Shown piece after piece: positions 9,857 to 17,027 of a stretch of DNA of 64,000 nt; the stretch's first letter is position 1; each line of letters begins with the position of its first letter. Made by a program: the position numbers and the translations under genes. The notes under the pieces were generated by a model. It made no database searches. It saw only the letters and a program-made list of their open reading frames with translations, and was not told where the DNA came from. This DNA comes from Vampirovibrionales bacterium (GTDB lineage Bacteria > Cyanobacteriota > Vampirovibrionia > Vampirovibrionales > JAJTHC01): the NCBI GenBank assembly GCA_947458095.1, contig CANGYO010000001.1, forward strand, positions 6,414 through 70,413. The letters run 5' to 3'.

Positions 9857-9911
9857 TAGGCTAGCATGGAGTCTTCAAGTCTCGAACACTTGGGGACTCC
9901 CCCTTTTTTGT

Positions 9912-9940
9912 ATTGTGGCAAATCCCGCACACTTTGTCAA
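9912..9940 (-). promoter_or_regulatory. Convergent promoter TTGACA-N17-CACAAT (copy B)
   Basis: The minus strand reads TTGACAaagtgtgcgggatttgcCACAAT. Confidence 0.5.
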
Positions 9941-9954
9941 GGGGTTTGGCTTTA

Positions 9955-10057
9955 CTCCCTCCATTTTAAGGGGAGGGTTGGGGTGGGGAGTAATGTGTCA
10001 CGCTGGGTTTTCAAAATCCCCCCCTCTCCCTAGCCCTCTCCTCAAGGAGAGGGAACA
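9955..10057. repeat. Palindromic element P6 (a second sub-family; related copy at 50585)
   Basis: The sequence is ggctttactccctcc...ggggagggttggggtgggg...cccctctccctagccctctcctcaaggagagggaacaag. It shares its ends and core with 50585-50700. Confidence 0.65.
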
Positions 10058-10142
10058 AGACACAAAATCGCCCCTCTAGTCAAAAAATCGTGTTTTCAGT
10101 AAACTAAAGCTCTAAACCTAATAAAAAAGGACACCCCCACAA

Positions 10143-11744
10143 ATGAACACCCCCACTCGCTACGCCTTTATCTCCGTCTGGGACAAAACCCACATCGTCG
10201 AACTGGCCACCGCCTTGCAAGCCAAGTTCGGCTTTGGCCTCATCGCCACGGGTGGATCTCGTAAAACACTGGAAGAGGCTGGCTTAAACGTCGTGGATCT
10301 CTCCACCGTCACAGGCTTTGACGAAATCCTAGAAGGGCGGGTGAAAAGCCTTCACCCCACCGTGTTTGCGGGCATTCTCGCCAAGCGTGACAAGGCCGAT
10401 CACATGAAAGAGGTCACCTTTAAAATTGATGTCGTCGCCGTGAATTTGTATCCCTTTGAACTCGGTTTGGCTCAATCGCAAACGGCGGAAAGCCCCAACG
10501 CCATGGTGGAACTCATCGATATTGGTGGGTCTTCGCTCATTCGAGCCGCGGCGAAAAACCATGCAGATGTCGCCGTCGTGTCAAGTCCTGATCAATACGA
10601 AGCACTCATTGCCGATTTAACTGTGAACGGTGGGCAAACGTCGCTAGGCTTGCGTAAACGCCTCGCACTCGCTGCGTTTCAGCGGTCTTCGACCTATGAC
10701 AACGCCATTAGTGGCTGGTTGTCGAGCCAAATCCTCGCCGAAGCCTTGGGCGACAAGGCTGAAGCCCTCGAGTTCCCCACGACGATGAACCTGACCTTGC
10801 ACAACATTCAAAGCCTGCGTTATGGCGAAAATCCGCACCAAGCGGCGGCGTTATTTGCCATTCGTCCTGATGAAGTGGATTTTCACGTCTTGCACGGCAA
10901 GCCCTTGTCGTACAACAATATCGTGGATATGGAAGCGGCGTGGAACCTGATTTGCGAATTTGATGATGAGCCCGCGGCGGCGATTATCAAGCATAATCAG
11001 CCCTGTGGCGTGGCGGTTGGGGCGACTTTAGCCAAAGCGTACCAGCGTGCCTTGGATTGTGATCCGTTGTCTGCTTTTGGGGGCGTGGTCGTGCTAAACC
11101 GTGCGGTGGACGAATCTACCGCGAAAGCGATGGTGGATATTTTCACCGAAGTCATTCTCGCGCCGAGCTTTAGCGAAGAGGCTTTGGCGATTTTGCAAGC
11201 CAAGAAAAACCTACGTTTGGTCACTCGCCCATGGGTGACGCCTGAATCGGGCAAGCATCCTGCGGAAACCCGTGATGGTCTGTATTTAAAGCAGGTGAGT
11301 CCGAATTTGGTGTTGGTGCAAGAACAGCAGTTCGCCAAAGCTGAAGCGGTCATGGCCAAAGAGTTGAAGGTGATTTCCAAGAAAAAGCCCACCGAAGACC
11401 AGTTGAGGGATGCCGCCTTTGCGTGGAAAGTGGCGAAGCATTTGAAGTCCAACGCCATTGTCGTAGCCAAAGACGGTCAGGCGTGGGGGCTTTCAGGCGG
11501 TCAAACCAGTCGTGTCGGTGCGGTTGAGCAAGCCTTGGCTCAAGCCTGTGAAAACGCCAACGGAGCCGTTTTAGCGTCCGACGGCTTCTTCCCAGCGGTC
11601 GATAACATCCAGCTTGCGGCTCAAAACCGTGTGGCGTGTATCATTCAGCCCGCGGGTAGCATTAAGGATGCCGACGTGATTTCGGCGGTGAATCAATACG
11701 ATATCGCCATGTTAGCGACCTCCGTTCGAGAATTTCGCCATTAA
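10143..11744 (+). CDS. purH: Bifunctional AICAR transformylase / IMP cyclohydrolase
   Basis: The 533 aa ORF has a PurH-type N-terminus (RYAFISVWDKTHIVELATALQAKFGFGLIATGGSRKTLEEAGLNVVDLSTVTGFDEILEGRVKSLHPTVFAGILAKRD...NLYPFE...DIGGSSLIRAAAKNH). Confidence 0.9.
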   Translation: MNTPTRYAFISVWDKTHIVELATALQAKFGFGLIATGGSRKTLEEAGLNVVDLSTVTGFDEILEGRVKSLHPTVFAGILAKRDKADHMKEVTFKIDVVAVNLYPFELGLAQSQTAESPNAMVELIDIGGSSLIRAAAKNHADVAVVSSPDQYEALIADLTVNGGQTSLGLRKRLALAAFQRSSTYDNAISGWLSSQILAEALGDKAEALEFPTTMNLTLHNIQSLRYGENPHQAAALFAIRPDEVDFHVLHGKPLSYNNIVDMEAAWNLICEFDDEPAAAIIKHNQPCGVAVGATLAKAYQRALDCDPLSAFGGVVVLNRAVDESTAKAMVDIFTEVILAPSFSEEALAILQAKKNLRLVTRPWVTPESGKHPAETRDGLYLKQVSPNLVLVQEQQFAKAEAVMAKELKVISKKKPTEDQLRDAAFAWKVAKHLKSNAIVVAKDGQAWGLSGGQTSRVGAVEQALAQACENANGAVLASDGFFPAVDNIQLAAQNRVACIIQPAGSIKDADVISAVNQYDIAMLATSVREFRH

Positions 11745-11805
11745 CCTTCCCAAAGAGCAAAGCTCGTGTTGTATCTTCACGCTTTGACAATAAAAGGAGC
11801 TAGAA

Positions 11806-12630
11806 ATGTCTTTAAACACCCTGAAAATCGGCATTGTCGGCTTGGGCAATATGTCGGGGGCGATTCTGAAAGGCTTGTTGAAGGCAGGGGTTTTGCCTGA
11901 AAACGTTGTAGGCATTGCGTCTTCACCCGAACGAGCGACCTTGCGTCAAGCCGAATACGACGTAAGCTGTACCACACTTGAGCTTGGCAAAGAGGCCCTT
12001 TCACAGGTGGATCTGCTCCTTTTAGGCGTGAAACCCTTTGTGATGCCCGCTGTTTTAGCCGATTTAGAAGGCATCACGCTGAAGGCGGAGGCTGTGGTGG
12101 TGTCTGTCGCAGCGGGTACGACCTTGGCGACGATAGGTGAGTCCTTGCCGAATACGGCGATTGTGCGAGCCATGCCGAATACGCCAGCCCTTGTGGGACA
12201 AGGGTTTACGGCAATGGCTCCGAATGCGTATGTGGGGGATGCTCAAAAAACGCTGGTGGCATCGGTGTTTGAAGCGGTGGGTAAGGCGGTGTGGCTCGAA
12301 GAGGGGCAGATCAACGCCTTTACAGGGCTTTTTGGTAGCGGCCCTGCGTATGTGTTCTACATCATGGAAGCCTTGGTAGAAGCGGGTTTAGCCGAAGGAT
12401 TGCCCCCTGAATTGGTGGAAGCAGGCGTGCTTCAGCTGGTGAAAGGATCCGCCTTATTGCTGGAAACCCGTGCGACGACCGCATCTCAGCTAAAGGCGGA
12501 GGTCGTCACCCCTAACGGCACCACAGCGAAAGGCTTAGAGGCGTTGGCATCAGCGAAGGTGGATGTCGCCTTACAAGAGGCCGTCCATCAAGCGACACGT
12601 CGAGCAGAAGAGTTGTCGAAAAACGTGTAA
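11806..12630 (+). CDS. proC: Pyrroline-5-carboxylate reductase
   Basis: The 274 aa ORF has GIVGLGNMSGAIL, AMPNTPALVGQG, GSGPAYVFYIMEAL and VTPNGTTAKGL motifs. Confidence 0.85.
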   Translation: MSLNTLKIGIVGLGNMSGAILKGLLKAGVLPENVVGIASSPERATLRQAEYDVSCTTLELGKEALSQVDLLLLGVKPFVMPAVLADLEGITLKAEAVVVSVAAGTTLATIGESLPNTAIVRAMPNTPALVGQGFTAMAPNAYVGDAQKTLVASVFEAVGKAVWLEEGQINAFTGLFGSGPAYVFYIMEALVEAGLAEGLPPELVEAGVLQLVKGSALLLETRATTASQLKAEVVTPNGTTAKGLEALASAKVDVALQEAVHQATRRAEELSKNV

Positions 12631-12644
12631 AAAGGCGTTAATTT

Positions 12645-12756
12645 CCGACACACGAAAGTCGATTCTTGACACACGAAACCCTGTTTTCTGACACACGAAA
12701 CCCGCCTTTCTGACACACGAAACCCGCCTTTCTGACACACGAAACGACGCCTTTTT
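12645..12756. repeat. Tandem array of five 22-bp direct repeats (tgacacacgaaacccgcctttc)
   Basis: The units are ccgacacacgaaagtcgattct, tgacacacgaaaccctgttttc, tgacacacgaaacccgcctttc (x2, identical) and tgacacacgaaacgacgccttttt. The array is flanked by inverted aaaggcg/cgccttt and lies between convergent proC and the RHH-like gene. Confidence 0.85.
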
Positions 12757-12759
12757 CAT

Positions 12760-13191
12760 CTAGTGAGGGCCCTCCTCGCTTCGAAGCTCCCACAACTCCT
12801 TATGGGCTTCTTTCTTAAAGTAGTGCATAAACGCATGTTCAATCATATCACTAAACGATAGATGCAAGACCTTGGCTTCTCGTTCAAGGATTTTCTTGAA
12901 TTGAGGCGACACCCAAAGACCCATCCGCACCCGATCGCTTTTCGGACGCCCCACAATTTTCGGAGGCCTTTCATAGGTCTCTGAACGCTCCATCGCTTGG
13001 TCGGCTTCTTCCATCACCGCAAACCACGCTTCCAATTTGTCCATAAAATGCTCTTCTGATTCAGTGCGGGATCCGCCTGTGGTGGTGAAAAAGTTAAAAA
13101 GTGCATGCGACGTGACGAAGCAACCTCGTCGCATGTCGTAACGGGTGCGTAAGCCGATGCGAGGGTCGTCGTCTCCACGATAGAGTTTCAT
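12760..13191 (-). CDS. Hypothetical protein with a C-terminal ribbon-helix-helix-like DNA-binding motif
   Basis: The 143 aa ORF has a strong RBS (AAAGGAGA-N7-ATG). The C-terminal VRMGLWVSPQFKKILEREAKVLHLSFSDMIEHAF fits a beta-strand/helix/helix RHH pattern. The N-terminal 70 aa are unassigned. Confidence 0.4.
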   Translation of the reverse strand: MKLYRGDDDPRIGLRTRYDMRRGCFVTSHALFNFFTTTGGSRTESEEHFMDKLEAWFAVMEEADQAMERSETYERPPKIVGRPKSDRVRMGLWVSPQFKKILEREAKVLHLSFSDMIEHAFMHYFKKEAHKELWELRSEEGPH

Positions 13192-13235
13192 TTCGGGGTC
13201 TCCTTTGGTTTTTTTTGGGGGGGATGCCTTATGTT

Positions 13236-13260
13236 CCCCCTCCTAATTTTAGGAGAGGGG
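13236..13260. repeat. Single palindromic hairpin P2 (ccccctcctaattttaggagagggg)
   Basis: A perfect 9-bp stem, identical to the arms of the composite P elements. T8 and G7 homopolymer runs lie immediately adjacent. Confidence 0.7.
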
Positions 13261-13357
13261 ACACAGGCTACTATCCTAAGCATGACAACTATTTACGCCA
13301 TTGCATAGTGCGTAAAACCCACTATTTTCCACACGGCAATGTAACAATTTAAAACGC

Positions 13358-13419
13358 CGATCAAACATAGCAAAGATCAAGGGCTTGATCTTCACCTGAT
13401 CTGATCGTACGATCCGATC
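13358..13419. promoter_or_regulatory. Cluster of seven GATC sites, including the 12-bp palindrome GATCGTACGATC, about 65 nt upstream of the methyltransferase gene
   Basis: The sequence is cgccGATCaaacatagcaaaGATCaagggcttGATCttcacctGATCtGATCgtacGATCcGATCgcc, giving 7 GATC sites in 62 bp. Confidence 0.6.
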
Positions 13420-13483
13420 GCCTTATCAGAGGCGTTTTTTCGACACAGAAAGAATGTCCCTATAAAGCACGGAGTCCCCCACA

Positions 13484-14392
13484 ATGAAAAGCCCCGAAAC
13501 CCTCATGTTATTACACCAAGACGACACACTAAGCTTGCACTTAGGCGATGTGCTAGAAACCCTAGCCAGCTTGCCCCAAGAAAGTGTCGATCTTATTTTT
13601 GCCGACCCCCCCTACAACTTGAGCAACGACGGCTTTACCTGCCACGCAGGCAAACGAGTCAGCGTCAACAAAGGGGTGTGGGACAAAAGCAACGGCGTGC
13701 AAGCCGATTTCGATTTTCACCGTGCGTGGATTTCCGCCTGTTACCGAGTGCTAAAACCCAACGGTAGCCTATGGATTAGTGGCACCTACCATTCCATTTA
13801 CGCTTGCGGATTCGCCCTACAACTCGACGGCTGGCATGTGATTAACGATGTCGCATGGTTCAAGCCCAACGCCGCCCCGAACTTGAGTTGCCGTATGTTT
13901 ACCGCCAGCCATGAAACGCTGATTTGGGCGAGAAAAAGCAAAACCGCCAAGCACACGTTTAACTATGACTTGATGAAAAACGGCATGTGGCATGAAGACG
14001 ATTTCATTAAAAAGCCTGAAAAACAAATGCGAAGCGTGTGGGCAAGTGGCACGCCCAAACCCCACGAAAAAGCCTTTGGTAAGCACCCCACCCAAAAGCC
14101 CGAACTGCTGTTAAGACGCATTGTAATTGCCAGTAGCTTACAAGGTGACGTGGTGCTAGACCCCTTTTGTGGGAGCGGTACAACAGGCGTAGTCGCCTTA
14201 CAACACGGACGCAACTTCATTGGCATTGACCAAAACCGTGAGTATTTGGAAGGGATTGCCATTCGCCGTTTAAAACACATTCAAGAACAAGTGCAAGCGT
14301 GTATAATAAAGGAACAGTTAGAGTCCTTGTATGCACTGGATGCCTATATAGATGAGTCTTCAATTCAACTTAGCTTATGCGGAATCTTATAA
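13484..14392 (+). CDS. Beta-class N6-adenine/N4-cytosine DNA methyltransferase of the CcrM/M.HinfI/DpnA family
   Basis: Motif IV DPPY (VDLIFADPPYNL) precedes motif I (LDPFCGSGTTG). Conserved blocks AHETLIWARKSKTAKHTFNYD and HPTQKPELLLRRI match the CcrM/HinfI methylase family. Confidence 0.85.
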   Translation: MKSPETLMLLHQDDTLSLHLGDVLETLASLPQESVDLIFADPPYNLSNDGFTCHAGKRVSVNKGVWDKSNGVQADFDFHRAWISACYRVLKPNGSLWISGTYHSIYACGFALQLDGWHVINDVAWFKPNAAPNLSCRMFTASHETLIWARKSKTAKHTFNYDLMKNGMWHEDDFIKKPEKQMRSVWASGTPKPHEKAFGKHPTQKPELLLRRIVIASSLQGDVVLDPFCGSGTTGVVALQHGRNFIGIDQNREYLEGIAIRRLKHIQEQVQACIIKEQLESLYALDAYIDESSIQLSLCGIL

Positions 14393-15134
14393 TAGTGAAA
14401 CGCAACGTGTTAGACGTATGTCTGAAAAATGGCTGGTGGAAGAATCATATTGCCCTGCGTGTGGGGGACGTTTGGCGGAATATCCCAATAATAAACCTGT
14501 GCGAGATACGTATTGTGAAGATTGTGGTGAAAAATACGAGCTAAAATCTAAAAAAAGTAGTGAAAAAGGACTTTTAAAGCTTCCTGAAAAAATTGTGGAT
14601 GGGGCGTATGCCACGATGATGCAAGATATGGAAGCCCAAACGACTCCCAATTTATTATTTTTACAATACTTAAGTGGCTATACGGTGGCGTCTTTACTGG
14701 TGATTCCTAAGCAGTTTTTCGTGCCTGCTTTAATTGAAAAGCGTAACCCTTTATCCAAGACGGCACGACGTGCAGGCTGGGTGGGTTGTAATATCCTACT
14801 AGAACCCATTCCACAAGTGGGACGGATTCCCATTATTCAAAACAAAGTATTTGAACCGAAGGATAAGGTTATTTCTATTTTTCAGAAAACCTTATTTTTA
14901 CGACATCAACAAAAACTTGAAGCTAAAGGCTGGTTGCTGGATGTGATGCGGTGTGTGGAACTCATCGGCAAAGAAGAGTTTACGTTGCAAGATATTTATC
15001 AACATGAAGCGATGCTGAAAGACTTACATCCCGACAATAATAATGTGCAAGCGAAGATACGGCAACAATTGCAAGTCTTGCGAGACGCAGGCTTCTTGGC
15101 GTTTGTGGGTCGTGGGGTGTATCGGGTGGTGTAA
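14352..15134 (+). CDS. DpnI-like methyl-directed (G6mATC-type) restriction endonuclease; overlaps the methyltransferase by 41 nt
   Basis: The 260 aa ORF resembles DpnI along its length as recalled from memory: MSLQFNL...SYCPACGG...YCEDCGEKYELKSKK...DGAYATMMQ...ARRAGWVGCNI...EFTLQDIY...KIRQQLQVLRDAGFLAFVGRGVYRVV. DpnI has an N-terminal PD-(D/E)XK nuclease and a C-terminal winged helix. Confidence 0.8.
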   Translation: MSLQFNLAYAESYNSETQRVRRMSEKWLVEESYCPACGGRLAEYPNNKPVRDTYCEDCGEKYELKSKKSSEKGLLKLPEKIVDGAYATMMQDMEAQTTPNLLFLQYLSGYTVASLLVIPKQFFVPALIEKRNPLSKTARRAGWVGCNILLEPIPQVGRIPIIQNKVFEPKDKVISIFQKTLFLRHQQKLEAKGWLLDVMRCVELIGKEEFTLQDIYQHEAMLKDLHPDNNNVQAKIRQQLQVLRDAGFLAFVGRGVYRVV

Positions 15135-15139
15135 ATGCC

Positions 15140-15267
15140 GTCCCCTCTCCTAATTTTAGGAGAGGGAAGAGAACGTCTGAAAGACGTTCGAGGGGGAGCT
15201 TAGACTCACCACGGGCATCTAGGGTTTAACCGCCCCCTAACACCCTCCTAAAATCAGGAGGGGGGAC
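15140..15267. repeat. Composite palindromic element P3
   Basis: It contains gtcccctctcctaattttaggagaggg, gaacgtctgaaagacgttc, ...tagggtttaacc... and ccctcctaaaatcaggagggg. It has the same architecture as the elements at 9601 and 16679. Confidence 0.75.
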
Positions 15268-15286
15268 AAAGCCAATTGGGTTTCGT

Positions 15287-15360
15287 CATTGCGAGCGTAG
15301 CGTGGCAATCTGTCAAGACGTCGCAGGTGGGGGAACAGATTGCTTCGTTGCACTCGCAAT
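15287..15360. repeat. Long nested inverted repeat (cattgcgag...gcaatctgt-N22-acagattgc...ctcgcaat)
   Basis: Two nested perfect inverted repeats of 9 bp each enclose a G-rich loop. It is a possible structured RNA or protein-binding site. Confidence 0.5.
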
Positions 15361-15422
15361 AACGGTGTTTTTTATCACTTTGCGTAGAGTCTCCTCAAGG
15401 AGAGGGAACAGAGCCGAAGCAC

Positions 15423-15451
15423 TTGACAAAGCGTGCAACATTTGACACAAT
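15423..15451 (+). promoter_or_regulatory. Convergent promoter TTGACA-N17-CACAAT (copy C, plus strand because the module is inverted)
   Basis: The plus strand reads TTGACAaagcgtgcaacatttgaCACAAT. Confidence 0.5.
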
Positions 15452-15507
15452 ATAAAAAGGGAGAGTCCCCAAGTCGGTAAACTTGAGAACTCTTTTTCGC
15501 TATCCTC

Positions 15508-15570
15508 CTAGAGTTTTGTCACTAGAAGGAGGATAATTAACAGCGACATAAGTTTCTGAAGTTCATCCAT
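15508..15570 (-). CDS. Candidate 20-aa hydrophobic peptide MDELQKLMSLLIILLLVTKL
   Basis: It has the same RBS spacing, length and C-terminal LLIILLLVTKL as copies A and E. Confidence 0.5.
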   Translation of the reverse strand: MDELQKLMSLLIILLLVTKL

Positions 15571-15711
15571 TTTAGCTCACCTCCTTTCTGTTACAGAACG
15601 GGGGTGTTGCTTATTAGCAACCCTTTAAAGGTTTTTATTAGACTAGCACAAAGCCTTAGCAGGTTCAAGCCAGATACGGCAACAATGGCAAGTCTTGCTT
15701 GAATCCGCCTG

Positions 15712-16668
15712 ATGCTTTTTTGTGAAAGGATGCCCTCTTTGATTCCACGCACCGACATCCAAAAACAGCTCAACGACGTGGGCATTACGCAGTGGGGCGT
15801 TCTCACCACCGATGCCCTCAAAAACGAAGCCCAACGCCTGACGGCGTGGCTGGAGGCTGGGCATCACGCCGACATGGACTGGATGCCTCGTCACGCCGAA
15901 AAACGGGTGTCTCCGTCTGATTTGTGGGAAGGCGTGCAAAGTGTCGTGGTGGTGGCCGTCAACTACTTCCCTGGTTGGGAAGCAGGGCAAGGCGACGATC
16001 TGAAAATCGCTCGCTACGCCCTAGGCAAGGACTATCACAAGGTGATTCGTCGTAAGCTTGGCAAGGTTTTAAAGGCGTTACAGGCGGAACATGAGGGCTT
16101 AGAGGGTCGTCCCTTTGTGGATTCGGCGCCTTTGCTTGAAAAGGCGTTAGCCGTTCAAGCAGGCTTGGGCTGGCAAGGCAAGCATAGTCTTTTAATCACG
16201 AAAGAAGCAGGGTCATGGGTGATGCTTGGGGCGTTGTTCCTCAATCAAGCCGTTGATGCCTATACCAGTCCCCACGAAAACACGCTGGAATCGGGGCATT
16301 GTGGGACCTGTACGCGGTGCATCACGGCTTGCCCCACGGAGGCGATCGTCTCGCCCACGGTCGTCGACAGCCGTCGGTGCATCGCCTATTGGACGATTGA
16401 AAATGGAGATGATGCTTTGCCTGATTTTATCCAAGACAACCAGCAGGATTGGGGCTTTGGATGCGACATTTGCCAAGATGTCTGCCCATGGAACCTGAAG
16501 TTTTCTAACGTGACTGAGGAGCCTGCCTTTGCCCCTCGGGCGGTGTTGGCACATCCGAATCGGGCGTATTTTCAGAGTTTGAGTGAAGCCGCTTTTGCTC
16601 AAGCCTTTGAAAATAGTCCCTTGCGTCGCACGGGCTTGAGGCGGATCCAGCGGAATATCATGCTTTAG
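15712..16668 (+). CDS. queG: Epoxyqueuosine reductase
   Basis: The 318 aa ORF has a QueG-type layout with a C-terminal 4Fe-4S ferredoxin motif (CGTCTRCITACPT) and a second Cys cluster (CDICQDVCPWN). The start may be the downstream ATG at 15730. Confidence 0.75.
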   Translation: MLFCERMPSLIPRTDIQKQLNDVGITQWGVLTTDALKNEAQRLTAWLEAGHHADMDWMPRHAEKRVSPSDLWEGVQSVVVVAVNYFPGWEAGQGDDLKIARYALGKDYHKVIRRKLGKVLKALQAEHEGLEGRPFVDSAPLLEKALAVQAGLGWQGKHSLLITKEAGSWVMLGALFLNQAVDAYTSPHENTLESGHCGTCTRCITACPTEAIVSPTVVDSRRCIAYWTIENGDDALPDFIQDNQQDWGFGCDICQDVCPWNLKFSNVTEEPAFAPRAVLAHPNRAYFQSLSEAAFAQAFENSPLRRTGLRRIQRNIML

Positions 16669-16678
16669 AGAATCGCCT

Positions 16679-16808
16679 TGTCCCCTCTCCTAATTTTAGG
16701 AGAGGGAAGAGAACGTCGTTAGACGTTCGAGGGTGAGGTTAAACCTTAGACTCCGTTTGTGGGTTTAACCGCCCCCTAGCCCCCTCCTAAAATTAGGAGG
16801 GGGGACAA
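16679..16808. repeat. Composite palindromic element P5
   Basis: It contains gtcccctctcctaattttaggagaggg, gaacgtcgttagacgttc, ggttaaaccttagactccgtttgtgggtttaacc and ccctcctaaaattaggagggggg. It is the reverse complement of P1. Confidence 0.8.
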
Positions 16809-16880
16809 AACAAAAGCTACATTTGGATATTTCCCATAAAAGCTAAACACCCCCAATCTAATAGAAAGGAGGTGAGCTAA

Positions 16881-16955
16881 ATGGATAATAGTCAACAAGT
16901 GTTGATTTTAATGATTATCCTCCTTCTAGCGACAAAAACTAGGAGGATAGCATAA
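16881..16955 (+). CDS. Candidate 24-aa peptide MDNSQQVLILMIILLLATKTRRIA (a 1-nt indel extends the C-terminus)
   Basis: It uses the same RBS and frame as the other copies. A single-base difference relative to copy E removes the usual TAG and extends the ORF by 4 codons. Confidence 0.4.
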   Translation: MDNSQQVLILMIILLLATKTRRIA

Positions 16956-16998
16956 AGGAGTTCTCAAGCTTTTACGCTTGGGGACTCCCCCTTTTTAT

Positions 16999-17027
16999 AT
17001 TGTGGCAAATGTAGAAGCCTTTGTCAA
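16999..17027 (-). promoter_or_regulatory. Convergent promoter TTGACA-N17-CACAAT (copy D)
   Basis: The minus strand reads TTGACAaaggcttctacatttgcCACAAT. Confidence 0.5.

Larger units (their letters stand above)
9755..9950 (+). repeat. Peptide/antisense module, copy B (short form, divergent hairpin)
   Basis: It has the conserved ...aacacccccattctgtaacagaaaggaggtgagctaaaATGGAT... and ...cttggggactccccctttttt gtattgtggcaaat..ctttgtcaagg blocks. The internal hairpin is replaced by cctattag-N13-ctaatagg. Confidence 0.75.
15420..15661 (-). repeat. Peptide/antisense module, copy C (full-length, inverted orientation)
   Basis: Its reverse complement matches copy A/E blocks: ...atgctagtctaataaaaacctttaaagggttgctaataagcaacacccccgttctgtaacagaaaggaggtgagctaaaATGGAT...ttatcctccttctagtgacaaaactctaggaggata...cttggggactctccctttttatattgtgtcaaatg..ctttgtcaagt. 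Confidence 0.8.

Noticed and set aside
11712-12379. Several 60-80 aa ORFs overlapping proC
   Set aside because: They sit in alternative frames within a confidently assigned gene and are Arg/Cys-rich, as typical of GC-rich antisense frames.
12645-12756. Possible CRISPR array
   Set aside because: The repeats are directly tandem with no unique spacers, and the unit is 22 bp. This is an iteron/VNTR-like array and not a CRISPR.
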